Below, piece after piece: positions 17,453 to 27,313 of a stretch of 64,000 nucleotides of DNA. The translations under genes were made by a program, and so were the position numbers. This stretch comes from an uncultured Planctomycetia bacterium (GTDB lineage: Bacteria > Omnitrophota > Gorgyraeia > JABMRG01). Under the pieces are notes generated by a model that ran no database searches, had not been told where the DNA came from, and saw only the letters and a program-made list of their open reading frames with translations. Location of the stretch: contig CAZWMG010000009.1 in NCBI GenBank assembly GCA_964634945.1, positions 1,954-65,953 of the forward strand, written 5' to 3'. How positions within the stretch are numbered: position 1 is the first letter of the stretch; each line of letters begins with the position of its first letter.

Positions 17453-18688
17453 CTACCTTTCGTCTCCTCGCAGGTCCTTCGGCAAGAGAATATTAAACCT
17501 GCACCCTTTTCCAGGCTTGCCTATTGCCCAGATTCTACCATTATGCATATCGATTATCTCTTTGCATATAACAAGGCCGAGGCCTGTCCCTTTTGCCCCT
17601 TTTGCAGTGGCATCGAGACGCTCAAACTTATTAAATAGCTTCGATATATCCTTCTTTCTTATGCCCACACCGGAGTCCCGTACGCTAATTAGAACATTTT
17701 TATCGCGCTTCTTTACTATTACGCCTATTCTACCGCCTTCGGCTGTAAACTTAAGTGCATTACTTAAAAGATTATTTATAACCTGTGTAATTCTATCGTG
17801 ATCTGCCCATACCTTAGAATATGTTATTAAAAAACTCGTCTTTATTTTTATTGCTTTTTTTTCAGCGACAGGTTTTATAAAATCCACGCAATCTGTTATA
17901 AGCTTTTTGATGTCCAGATAGGTCCTCTCCAGAGGCACCCTTCCTGCCTCAAACTTCGCGAGATCAAGTAGCGAATCAAGCAACGCGTCAAGCCTCTCTA
18001 TGTTCCTGCCGGCCATTTCCATAAGATGTTTTTCTCTGCTATTGGCGTTTCCGTCTATTCCTTCTGAGGCAAGTAATATGGAATCCTTGATTATAGCTAG
18101 GGGAGTTTTTAACTCATGGGATATATTTGATACAAAATCAAGCTTAAGACCCGCAAGCCTTTTTGCCTCCTCATAAATAAGGGCGTTTTGTATGGCAAGG
18201 CCTGTCTGTTCAGAGACAAGGGTCAAAAGCGCTAAATCTTTATCATCAAAATTTAATTTAGCTTTCTTGTTATTTACATTGATAACACCTATAACCTTGC
18301 CTCCAACCTTAAAAGGTACGCTAAGGAGTGAATTTGTCACATATTTCCTGCTCTTGGCCTTGCTACGTTTTTTAAACCTGCTATCTTGTGAAATATCCTT
18401 GACCAAAAGCGATTTGCCCTCCTTAGCTACCCAGCCGGATATACTTTCTCCAATCTTGACCCTTGTCTGTTTTACGATATCCGCGTCCAGGCCGCTTGCC
18501 TTCTTAATAAAAAGTTCCTGCCTCTTCTCATCAACTAACATAACCGAACCCACTTCAGTACCTAAAATATCTGAAATCCTTCCCAATATAGTAGATACAC
18601 ATTTTTCCGTATCCATGGAAGAATGGGCCTCTTTTGTGAGCTCAAATACGGTAATGAGCTTAGGTCCGGATATACCTTTATAATTCAT
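17453..18688 (-). CDS. Cytoplasmic sensor histidine kinase (GAF + HisKA + HATPase_c)
   Basis: No TM segment. GAF-like N-terminal domain, H-box SHELKTPL, N/G1/G2 boxes (NLLSNALKF, DSGVGI, GTGLGL). It overlaps the upstream RR gene by 4 nt. Confidence 0.85.
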   Translation of the reverse strand: MNYKGISGPKLITVFELTKEAHSSMDTEKCVSTILGRISDILGTEVGSVMLVDEKRQELFIKKASGLDADIVKQTRVKIGESISGWVAKEGKSLLVKDISQDSRFKKRSKAKSRKYVTNSLLSVPFKVGGKVIGVINVNNKKAKLNFDDKDLALLTLVSEQTGLAIQNALIYEEAKRLAGLKLDFVSNISHELKTPLAIIKDSILLASEGIDGNANSREKHLMEMAGRNIERLDALLDSLLDLAKFEAGRVPLERTYLDIKKLITDCVDFIKPVAEKKAIKIKTSFLITYSKVWADHDRITQVINNLLSNALKFTAEGGRIGVIVKKRDKNVLISVRDSGVGIRKKDISKLFNKFERLDATAKGAKGTGLGLVICKEIIDMHNGRIWAIGKPGKGCRFNILLPKDLRGDER

Positions 18689-19101
18689 CGTTTTTTCTCT
18701 CGCTCCTTGTCACCGGATTCGCCCTTATACATCCTGGAAACCCTTATAACGTTGGTAATATTAGCAACCTCTTTCTTCAAATCAGAGGTCTTGACGATAA
18801 AACCTGAAACATTATATTGTTTTGCTTTTTTAAAACGGTCTTCATTGGAAAACGCTGTAACGATAAAAACAGGAAGATCCTTGTTGTGTTTTCTGATCTT
18901 TTTCAAGACCTCCAATCCATCCATTCCGGGCATAAAGACATCAAGCAAAACCGCGTCCGGAGCGTAGGCCTCAATATGGGCTAACCCCTCCTTGCCGTTA
19001 ATGGCTGTAATCACATCATATCCATTATCCTGTAGGCGCATCTTTACAAGCTCTGCAAACTCAGGCTCATCATCTACTATTAAAACTTTTAACTTTTCCA
19101 T
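18685..19101 (-). CDS. Single-domain response regulator (receiver only)
   Basis: LIVDDEPEF...VLLDVFMPGMDG...VFIVTA...FIVK receiver motifs. It is translationally coupled to the downstream kinase. Confidence 0.85.
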   Translation of the reverse strand: MEKLKVLIVDDEPEFAELVKMRLQDNGYDVITAINGKEGLAHIEAYAPDAVLLDVFMPGMDGLEVLKKIRKHNKDLPVFIVTAFSNEDRFKKAKQYNVSGFIVKTSDLKKEVANITNVIRVSRMYKGESGDKEREKKR

Positions 19102-19191
19102 ATCCTTCTCCTTGTTAATGTTACAAATGTTAAAAAGATTACAAAGGCTACAGATCTTATAAAAAATTAGACGTTAATAAAATCTTTTAGC

Positions 19192-21924
19192 TTATACAAC
19201 AACTCTCCTATCTGCCCCCTTTAAACCCTTCTTTGGTATAGAAAATTTAAATACAGCCCCTTTATTTGCAGCGCTCTCTACATCTATAGTTCCCCCATGC
19301 ATATGGACGAGTTTTTTCACTATAGATAGGCCTAACCCTGTGCCCTGAGCTCCGGGGCCTACATTCCTGTTTACCTGTTGAAATTTTAAAAATACCTTTG
19401 GAATATCCTGTTCTGAGATCCCAATACCCGTATCAGAAACAGTTATCCAGACAACATCTTTATCATCTTTCAAGTCTAACTTTATACTGCCTTTATCTGG
19501 TGTATATTTTATTGCATTGGACAAAAGATTATTTAAGATCTCTATCATCTTGTCTCTGTCAGCATATATATCTATACTCTTTTTTGGAATTGAGAAGGCC
19601 AGTCTCTGCTTCTTCTTATCAGATTCAAACTTCCAAATACCAGCAATCTCTCTTATGAGGGCTGTAACAGAAAAGGTGGATCTAATAAGCTCCATCTTTC
19701 CTGACTCTATCTTGGCTATATCCAGAAGATCATTGATGATTCGTGACAAACGATCAACATTATCCTTACTCATATTAAGAATATTCCTCTGCTTATCGTT
19801 TATCTTACCTGGTATACCATCTAATATAAGCGATATTCCTTCTTTCGTAATAGATAGCGGCGTCCTGAGCTCATGAGATACCGTAGATATAAAATCATCT
19901 TTTAACTGATCTATCTTCTTTCGTTCGGTTATGTCGCGAAATATATGCACAGAACCGGTCAGTTCACCCTTATCATCAAATATAGGTGATGAAGTAGCTG
20001 AAAAAAGGATTCCTGTAATTGGGTCATCAACCTCTTCTGTGTGCGACTTTTTGTCTTTCTTTGTCTTTTCAAATGGGCACATACGCCATGGCTTATTCAT
20101 ATTATGCAGCACCTCATAGCACTGTTTGCCGATAATCTCTTCCGGACTTTTATTAAGCATATCGAACATGGTTTTGTTCGCTTTAATAATTTTATGCTCC
20201 ACATCCTGTATAAATATCATATCTGTTATCGAGTCGAATGTCCTTTGCCATTGTTCTGCCGCATCTGATATAGCCTGTTCAGCCTTCTTGCGCTTGGTAA
20301 TATCGCGCATAACACACTGAATTGCTTTCACCTTGTCATGCTCGACGAGCGGCATTCCTGTTACTTCCACATAAAAAGGGGCTCTATTTTTTGCTTTATA
20401 AAGAAATTCGATGTTTCTCGGTTTTTTTTCACGCAAGATTATACCTAACACACGTACGGTGCGCAATAATTCCTCTTTATGGACAAAATATTTGGTAATA
20501 AAATTCCCTATCTCTTCTTCCGCGTTATATCCACCGAATTTTTTTATTGCCGGGCTGCAATATTCAAGCACTCCCTTTGAAGATATCCTTATTACCACAT
20601 CACTGAGGTTTTCTGTTAGCAAGCGATATTTTTCTTCACTTTCCCTTAATGCTAATTCAGCCTTTTTGTGCGCTTCGATCTCTTTATTTAATGTATCTAT
20701 CGAAGCGGTACTCTCTTTAAGGTTGCCGGCCATAGCATTAATCGAATCGGCAAGTAAACCAAATTCATCTGATGAGCGCACATCTATCCTATAATCAAGA
20801 TCGCCCTCTCCTATACGCTTGATGCCCGCTACGATCTTATTAATAGGTTTGATTAAAATAGTACCAAATATAAAACCTAAGACTATAAGCACAATCGTCA
20901 GTATTCCGAGGGCAGAAATTTCTTGTGCAGCAAACAATAATAATGGACTAAAGACTTCATCTATATCCTGTCCTATAAATACCATCCACTCTATATCACT
21001 GGTTAAAAGAGTGCTGCTATCTACCTTTGCGTATGAGATAAAGATATTGCCATCATGAACATGGGGGGAATTGACAATAGCTGTACCGGAAACCTTGCCC
21101 CTTATATCTCTCCAATCCTCTATGTTGTTTAAAAAAAATTTTCCGAGGTTTTTAAAATCCTTGTGAAATACCATAAGGCCATCCCGGTTAACCAATACAG
21201 CATGGCCTGTCTCTTTAAATTTAAAATCAGCAACAGGAGCAAGGACTCTTTTAGCATGCAATACGATCTTGTATGCGCCTATTATATTGTCCGATCTATC
21301 AGTTATTTGGGCAGCCAATACAAAACTTAATGTATTAGAAGATTCATCGTGCTTGACTCCGATAACATATACCTCTTCTGCATTGGGCCTGAATAACTGC
21401 TCACACCATTCTTCATCGGCCTGATAAAAATCTGTGGTCTTGGCAGAAGCGGCAACGAGTCCGCCAAATCTATTAGTGACCAATATCTCCGCAATATTTT
21501 TGTCTTTCTCCATAATGCTTTTAAGCTCTTCTGCTATGGCATTTTCTGTATATTTTTTTACAAGGTCACTCTCGTCCGCGGATGCTTGCCACTGTTTATC
21601 CATCTCCGCAAAATAGGCTATTCGCTTGTCTGCTTGTTTATTTTCAAGCATTAAATTTTCAGATACAATAGTATCTATCCACGTAAGGTTTGAAGTGTGA
21701 ATTTTTAAATCGACAATCTCCTCATTTACGATTCTTGCGACAGCAGATGAAAGCTGATTAGCTATCTCCTGGCTCTCTTCACTTATAATCCTGCGCAATA
21801 AATTATAGTCATTCATATAGCTGATCACTGTATCTACGCAGATTATTGTAAACGCGACAAAACATATTACAAAGATTACCTTGAATTTTATGCTTAGGCC
21901 TCTACGCTTCTTCCACTTATTCAT
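19192..21924 (-). CDS. Membrane sensor histidine kinase with periplasmic Cache-like domain, HAMP, two PAS domains, HisKA and HATPase_c
   Basis: Two TM helices bracket a periplasmic domain of about 300 aa. HAMP region, two PAS/PAC regions (one with the Cys motif KQCYEVLHNMNKPWRMCPF), H-box SHELRTPL, and G-boxes. It overlaps trxB by 8 nt. Confidence 0.85.
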   Translation of the reverse strand: MNKWKKRRGLSIKFKVIFVICFVAFTIICVDTVISYMNDYNLLRRIISEESQEIANQLSSAVARIVNEEIVDLKIHTSNLTWIDTIVSENLMLENKQADKRIAYFAEMDKQWQASADESDLVKKYTENAIAEELKSIMEKDKNIAEILVTNRFGGLVAASAKTTDFYQADEEWCEQLFRPNAEEVYVIGVKHDESSNTLSFVLAAQITDRSDNIIGAYKIVLHAKRVLAPVADFKFKETGHAVLVNRDGLMVFHKDFKNLGKFFLNNIEDWRDIRGKVSGTAIVNSPHVHDGNIFISYAKVDSSTLLTSDIEWMVFIGQDIDEVFSPLLLFAAQEISALGILTIVLIVLGFIFGTILIKPINKIVAGIKRIGEGDLDYRIDVRSSDEFGLLADSINAMAGNLKESTASIDTLNKEIEAHKKAELALRESEEKYRLLTENLSDVVIRISSKGVLEYCSPAIKKFGGYNAEEEIGNFITKYFVHKEELLRTVRVLGIILREKKPRNIEFLYKAKNRAPFYVEVTGMPLVEHDKVKAIQCVMRDITKRKKAEQAISDAAEQWQRTFDSITDMIFIQDVEHKIIKANKTMFDMLNKSPEEIIGKQCYEVLHNMNKPWRMCPFEKTKKDKKSHTEEVDDPITGILFSATSSPIFDDKGELTGSVHIFRDITERKKIDQLKDDFISTVSHELRTPLSITKEGISLILDGIPGKINDKQRNILNMSKDNVDRLSRIINDLLDIAKIESGKMELIRSTFSVTALIREIAGIWKFESDKKKQRLAFSIPKKSIDIYADRDKMIEILNNLLSNAIKYTPDKGSIKLDLKDDKDVVWITVSDTGIGISEQDIPKVFLKFQQVNRNVGPGAQGTGLGLSIVKKLVHMHGGTIDVESAANKGAVFKFSIPKKGLKGADRRVVV

Positions 21925-22879
21925 TTTTGCTATATACCTCCCCTTTCAACTGTTCGATATATTGCTGGCAGCTGTAAGCTGCTAAAGCACCGTCACCACA
22001 GGCTGTTACAATCTGCCTGAGACTGGTATCCCTGCAATCGCCACAGGCAAAGATACCAATATTAGATGTATTCAAGGCTCTATCTGTTGCTATATGGCCA
22101 TCACTGTCTAGATCAACTATACCACTTATGAAATCTGTATTTGGAGTGTGCCCTATGGATATGAATACGCCCTCACATCTAATCTCACTGAAAGTGCTTT
22201 TAGATAGATCCTTAAGCTTTATACCTGAGGCCTTATCGTCACCTAATATCTCTTCTGCAACAGAGTTCCAAATAACCTTTATCTTCGCGTTAGACAGCGC
22301 CTTATCCTGTAATATCTTCACGGCCCTTAAAGCGTTTCGTCTGTGCACAATGTAGACCTTGCTAGCAAATCTTGTTAAAAATAAAGCCTCTTCAACAGCT
22401 GAATCTCCGCCCCCTATCACAACTATATCTTTATCCTTAAAAAATAGTCCGTCGCATATAGCGCAATATGACACGCCTCTTCCGGATAGCCTTTCCTCTC
22501 CAGGTATGTCAAGTCTTCTAGCGCTTACTCCTGAAGCGACTATTACTGATAAAGCCTGGTATCTATTATCGTCAAGTACTACACTCCATATATTCTGGTT
22601 TCCCTGATTATCCTGTTCTATACTTTTTACATGGCCGGAAATAATCTGTCCACCAAAAGAGATTACCTGCTCTTTTTCATTTTTCAAAAGGTCTGCGCCG
22701 CTTATACCTTCAGGAAAACCCGGAAAATTATCTATTAAAGCCGCGTAACCTGCCTGACTTAATACCGATGGGTCTTCAACTATAAGAATCCTTAATCGCG
22801 CCCTTAGCGCATACATAGCGGATGTTAGCCCTGCCGGGCCTGCCCCTATTATTATTATGTCATATGTATTCATACGCAT
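21917..22879 (-). CDS. trxB: Thioredoxin reductase TrxB
   Basis: FAD motif IIIGAGPAG, redox-active CAIC-DG, NADPH motif VVIGGGDSAVEEA; 320 aa. Confidence 0.85.
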   Translation of the reverse strand: MRMNTYDIIIIGAGPAGLTSAMYALRARLRILIVEDPSVLSQAGYAALIDNFPGFPEGISGADLLKNEKEQVISFGGQIISGHVKSIEQDNQGNQNIWSVVLDDNRYQALSVIVASGVSARRLDIPGEERLSGRGVSYCAICDGLFFKDKDIVVIGGGDSAVEEALFLTRFASKVYIVHRRNALRAVKILQDKALSNAKIKVIWNSVAEEILGDDKASGIKLKDLSKSTFSEIRCEGVFISIGHTPNTDFISGIVDLDSDGHIATDRALNTSNIGIFACGDCRDTSLRQIVTACGDGALAAYSCQQYIEQLKGEVYSKNE

Positions 22880-22917
22880 TATCCTAGCTTAGTTATAAGT
22901 ATTAAGAATTAAGCAAC

Positions 22918-22996
22918 AAACCTAATCCTTAAATTCTAAATCCTAAGTTCTAAACTCTAAATAATATCAAATTACCAAAATTCAAATGCTCAAAAC
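22918..22996. repeat. 79-bp intergenic repeat element, copy 2 (upstream of trxB)
   Basis: aaacctaatccttaaattctaaatcctaagttctaaactctaaataatatcaaattaccaaaattcaaatgctcaaaac, with 6 mismatches versus 13132-13210. Confidence 0.7.
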
Positions 22997-23040
22997 GTTA
23001 AAAAGTTTTAAAAGTATAAAACATTGTAATCTGTTGTTTT

Positions 23041-23085
23041 TTGCAACCTTTGCAACTTTTGTAACATTTGTAACTTTTGTAACTA
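23041..23085. repeat. Array of 9-bp direct repeats (ttgcaacct/ttgtaacat type), related to the array at 15696-15741
   Basis: ttgcaacctttgcaacttttgtaacatttgtaacttttgtaac gives five tandem 9-mers. The spurious ORF 22986-23231 translates it as TFATFVTFVTFV. Confidence 0.65.
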
Positions 23086-23190
23086 CGCTTTTTTCTTTGC
23101 AGTCCTATCTTTTCCTTAATCCTTGCTTCTCGTCTCTTGCTTTCCTCTACCTTCACCTTCACCTTACATCTTACATCCGGCATCTAACAT

Positions 23191-23964
23191 CTAGAACTTG
23201 CATCTGCGCTTTGATGTGGCACTCTTGCTAATAGGCCTTATCTTTTTTTTCTTTTTTGTATCATATACAGTGGTAAATCGCACACCCCTAAAATAGGGCT
23301 TTATCATCTCAATATCTCTTCTGCTAACAGGCCTGGCACCCGATGGCCTTAATGGTGTATTTATATGGACGTGGTCAGGCTTAATAGATCTCGCAATATC
23401 AGCTATTGCTTTCGCATGCCCTATATTACTTCTTAGAAGCATGATCTGCAAAATAAGCCTACCTTTATATCGGCGCCTAAACGATCTCATGCCTCTAAGC
23501 AGTTTATGGAATTTTAAAGACTTAACGGGCCTGTTTACTTTATCTAGAATAATATCAGATGAAACGTCCAGCTTTACCTCTACCAGATCCACGCCAGAGA
23601 GTTCCTGTTGAACATCTTTTCTTCCCAAAAGCGTAGCGTTAGTAAGGACCGCTATTCGTTCTTTTCTTACACGTTTTATTATCCTTATCAGCGTACCGAG
23701 ATTTTTTGCCAGTGTGGGTTCACCTGTTCCTGAAAAAGTAATATAATCAAGCTTTCTATCAGGCAGTGATTTTATCTCAGTGATGATATCCTTTGTAGGA
23801 ACAAATATCTTTCTTCTTAGCGCTATGGGATTATGTCTGCCAACCTGACAATATACGCAGTCAAAGGTACATATCTTACGCTTGTGCGATAAAAGGTCTA
23901 TGCCCAAGGAGGCCCCTAGCCTCCATGAATTAACCGGTCCATATATGTACTTATATGTTTTCAT
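23191..23964 (-). CDS. Radical SAM domain protein with a highly basic C-terminal tail; specific function unknown
   Basis: CTFDCVYC (CxxxCxxC) 4Fe-4S/SAM motif near the N-terminus, glycine-rich SAM motif FSGTGEP, and C-terminus KKKKKIRPISKSATSKRRCKF. Its start overlaps the stop of the upstream kinase gene by 1 nt. Confidence 0.7.
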   Translation of the reverse strand: MKTYKYIYGPVNSWRLGASLGIDLLSHKRKICTFDCVYCQVGRHNPIALRRKIFVPTKDIITEIKSLPDRKLDYITFSGTGEPTLAKNLGTLIRIIKRVRKERIAVLTNATLLGRKDVQQELSGVDLVEVKLDVSSDIILDKVNRPVKSLKFHKLLRGMRSFRRRYKGRLILQIMLLRSNIGHAKAIADIARSIKPDHVHINTPLRPSGARPVSRRDIEMIKPYFRGVRFTTVYDTKKKKKIRPISKSATSKRRCKF

Positions 23965-25598
23965 TAACTTCCCTTAACTCCGCTTGTCTTTGCCTTTGTC
24001 TTTTTCCTATGCTTAGGTAGAACGAATACGACCCTTGTCCCTTTTTTCGGTGCAGCCTCGGCCCATATACTGCCATCATGGAGCTCAACGATACTTTTGG
24101 CTATTGAAAGCCCTAAGCCTGTTCCTTTTTCCGTATTCGTAGCACTGTTTCCGAGCTGTTTAAACTTATCAAACATCCTTAATAAGCCTTCTTCTGAAAC
24201 ACCTATACCCGTATCACTTACATAGCATTCTATTAAATCGGATTTGCTCTTAACGGATATTGTTACGCAGCCTTCTTGTGTAAATTTAAGCGCGTTTCCA
24301 ACCAGGTTTGTAAAAACCTGCGTTATCTTGTCCGGGTCAGCAAATATGTCCACCCTTTTATCCGGGGTATCCGCCTTGATATCTACGCCTTTTTTAAACG
24401 CGGCAGGTTTGAAAAAGGAGGCAACATCTTTTATAATATGGGCTAAGTCGACAACCTCTTTCTTGAGCTCTTCCTTGCCTGCCTCTATCTTTGATATATC
24501 GAGCAGGTCGTTTATTATCCGGGATAGCCTGTCAATATTATTTTTTGCCATAACAAGAACTTCCTCTTGTTTTTTATTTGTATCACCGGGTATCTTGTCC
24601 AGAACAAGGTTTATGCCCTCCTTGGTTATGGTAAGAGGCGTACGCAATTCATGCGAAACCGCAGAAAGAAACTGTGTCTTTAGCTCATCTAGCTTTTTAA
24701 GTTTTTTGTTCTTTTCCTCCAACTCTTTATAAAGGAGCCTGACGCCTTCGTTTGTCTTCTTAAGCCTCCATGCCTGCTCTGCTAATTGTGCCCTGTTTTC
24801 CTCCAACGCCCTCTCCGCTAATTTTCTATCAGTTACATCACGGACTGTTGTATGCAGGACATATTTACCTTTTAATAACATCTTAACCAATATCACATCC
24901 GCAAAAAAGTCTTTTCCGCCTATTTTTCTGTGTTTCCATTCAAAAAAGTGTAATCCACGCTTCATGGCCCTTGTCATCATCTCATTCGCCTTTGCTGAAG
25001 ACAAGCTACCGTCAGGCTGGTATTCGGGTGACAGGTCTGCCGGTGTCTTGGAGCAAAATTCCTTCTCATTCTTACATCCGAAGAGTTTTATAGCAGCGGG
25101 ATTCCCGCTAATAAACCTCTTTCCCGGTGCTAGTATGATAATGGCGTCTTTGGATGTCTCATAAAGCGCTTTATGCCTAAGCTCGCTTTCATACAAAGCA
25201 TCTGTTATTTTATTATATCTTGAGATATCTTTACATATATGTATACTACCGGCGAGCTTGCCTTCACTATCAAATATAGGTGAGGCTACAGCCGATAAGG
25301 CCCTATCCGTATGTGAGGTAACAATTTTCCCCATATGAGGCTTATTATCCTTTTTTACCTTTTTAAGTAGGCACCCACACCAGGGTTTATCTGAATTTCG
25401 GATTAGCTTAAAACACTTTTTACCGATAATCTCTTTCATGCTTATTTTTACTAATTTCGCAAAGGCCCTATTAACCTTTATAATCGTAAAATCATTATCC
25501 TGAATAAATACAGGGTCTGCCATCGCGTCAAAGGCGCTTATCCATTTACCAACTAACCATGCCTTATCATTTATCACGTTACTTTTTTTTGATTTCAA
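23964..25598 (-). CDS. Cytoplasmic PAS-PAS sensor histidine kinase
   Basis: Two PAS domains, the first with the Cys motif KKCFKLIRNSDKPWCGC paralogous to that in the 19192-21924 kinase. Coiled-coil, H-box SHELRTPL, HATPase_c G-boxes. Confidence 0.85.
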   Translation of the reverse strand: MKSKKSNVINDKAWLVGKWISAFDAMADPVFIQDNDFTIIKVNRAFAKLVKISMKEIIGKKCFKLIRNSDKPWCGCLLKKVKKDNKPHMGKIVTSHTDRALSAVASPIFDSEGKLAGSIHICKDISRYNKITDALYESELRHKALYETSKDAIIILAPGKRFISGNPAAIKLFGCKNEKEFCSKTPADLSPEYQPDGSLSSAKANEMMTRAMKRGLHFFEWKHRKIGGKDFFADVILVKMLLKGKYVLHTTVRDVTDRKLAERALEENRAQLAEQAWRLKKTNEGVRLLYKELEEKNKKLKKLDELKTQFLSAVSHELRTPLTITKEGINLVLDKIPGDTNKKQEEVLVMAKNNIDRLSRIINDLLDISKIEAGKEELKKEVVDLAHIIKDVASFFKPAAFKKGVDIKADTPDKRVDIFADPDKITQVFTNLVGNALKFTQEGCVTISVKSKSDLIECYVSDTGIGVSEEGLLRMFDKFKQLGNSATNTEKGTGLGLSIAKSIVELHDGSIWAEAAPKKGTRVVFVLPKHRKKTKAKTSGVKGS

Positions 25599-25718
25599 GA
25601 TCTTATTCCCCTAAAGTATCTGTTTTGCAACTTCAATCAAAGCGAAAAAATCACTAGTCTTAGCGCAATAATCATCCGCCCTTACCTTTTTTACCTCTAT
25701 CTTTACCTGTGTTCTCTT

Positions 25719-26336
25719 TTACGCACTCCTTAAAAACCACACTCCCAATAATATCAGGAACGCGGAAAAGACTCTTACAAGTTTTTTGTACAAGCTATCG
25801 CTAAGATACTCTTTGCCCTTATACGTGGCATAGGAGATGAACCAATACCAGAGCATATCGGCCATCCAGTGGCCAAGAATAAATACTGTCACACCTAAGA
25901 TTCCTGAAAGTAATGCTTTTGCGATTGTTGAAATGCCTATTGTGGCCCACCAGATTATAAATCCCGGGCTCGCGATACTAAAAAAAATACCGCCTATAAA
26001 CAGTCCTTTGCTAAAACCCTTGCGATGTTTTTCATCATTTATCTTAAGGCTCGATACCCTGATAAAAAGTATGCCGCCCATAGTGATAAGAGCTAATCCG
26101 CCTATGGCTGATATCCACCATAAAACAATCTTTGATGTAAAAACTCTATGCAGCCCAAAAACTAAAATACCTATTATAATAGCTTCTATGGCCATATGGC
26201 CCAATATAACTCGGAATCCAACAGTGTTATCAGACTTTAATGTTTCTGATACAGTAAAAAAAGTCAATGGCCCGGGTATCATGGCCCCTGTTATACCTAT
26301 TATAAACCCTGTAAAAAATAATAGTAGTATATTCAT
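25719..26336 (-). CDS. LysE/RhtB-family small amino-acid exporter-like membrane protein
   Basis: 205 aa with 6 TM helices and an N-terminal GAMIPGPLTFFTV motif characteristic of LysE-type translocators. Assigned from pattern only. Confidence 0.55.
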   Translation of the reverse strand: MNILLLFFTGFIIGITGAMIPGPLTFFTVSETLKSDNTVGFRVILGHMAIEAIIIGILVFGLHRVFTSKIVLWWISAIGGLALITMGGILFIRVSSLKINDEKHRKGFSKGLFIGGIFFSIASPGFIIWWATIGISTIAKALLSGILGVTVFILGHWMADMLWYWFISYATYKGKEYLSDSLYKKLVRVFSAFLILLGVWFLRSA

Positions 26337-26858
26337 ATAATAAATCGAATTTAGTTTCTATGCACAGCGCATATCACTAAATTTCATATCAGTGGGGATA
26401 ATACCATACAACGCAACCAATACCTCTAGCGCCTAACCGCGGTTTGACAGGTATTTTCTTACCAATCCTACTTTTGTAAAATCAGAATCCAGCATTTTTA
26501 CTTACCAGGTATAGAAAAAATGCCTCATCATAAACTGTTATATCACTCACATTAAAGCCATGGTATGATGAGGCACATTAAAATTGCCTTATATTCTATT
26601 TTTTCCGCTATATTATAAATGCTACTTGTATATACTCGCAGTAATCACTATGACGCTCTCTATCTCCTAAAATCTTCTCTTTTTTCGAAACTTTACATCA
26701 GCCTTTTGCTTAACAGATGTACCAATATGCCCGCGCGTACTATGCTAACAACGCCTGTAGCAATATACTATATAACAACTAATAAGGGCGTGGGTTACTC
26801 TCTGCAATTAGTTTGAACACTATATGCGGTAAAAATAAAGCTAAAATTGGACATTAAA

Positions 26859-27227
26859 TTATGGCAATAATCTTTTTATGTTATCAAGCAATACCTTGGG
26901 GTCAAAAGGCTTGGTTATGTACGCATCCGCGCCAACCTCCATCCCTAAATCCTTGTCAGAACTTTGACTCCGTGCCGTAAAAAGTATAATAGGGATCTTC
27001 TTGTAGCGCTCATCAAACTTAAGCATCCTGCAAACCTTGTACCCGTCTATCCTTGGTAACATAAGATCAAGAATAATAAGATCAGGCATCTCTTTCTTCG
27101 CTGTGTCCAGAGCCTGCTGCCCATCAGAAGCAACCAGAACCTCGTAACCTTCTGCCTCTAATCTCATCCTGACCAATGCTACAATATCTTCTTCATCATC
27201 TACTACAAGTATCCTGTGTTTAGCCAT
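26859..27227 (-). CDS. Single-domain response regulator (receiver only)
   Basis: ILVVDDEEDI...LIILDLMLPRIDG...IILFTAR...YITKPF, a complete CheY-like motif set; 122 aa. Confidence 0.85.
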   Translation of the reverse strand: MAKHRILVVDDEEDIVALVRMRLEAEGYEVLVASDGQQALDTAKKEMPDLIILDLMLPRIDGYKVCRMLKFDERYKKIPIILFTARSQSSDKDLGMEVGADAYITKPFDPKVLLDNIKRLLP

Positions 27228-27313
27228 ATAAGTCTCCTGTATATATATTATTATAAATTACAGTATATATAAACACTCAGATTATGTCAAATAGATAAAA
27301 CATAAAAAATGTC

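Noticed and set aside
17453-19101. The HK-RR pair upstream of pilB as PilS/PilR
   Set aside because: The kinase is cytoplasmic GAF-type, not the 6-TM PilS type. The response regulator lacks the sigma54-activator AAA+ and HTH output of PilR.
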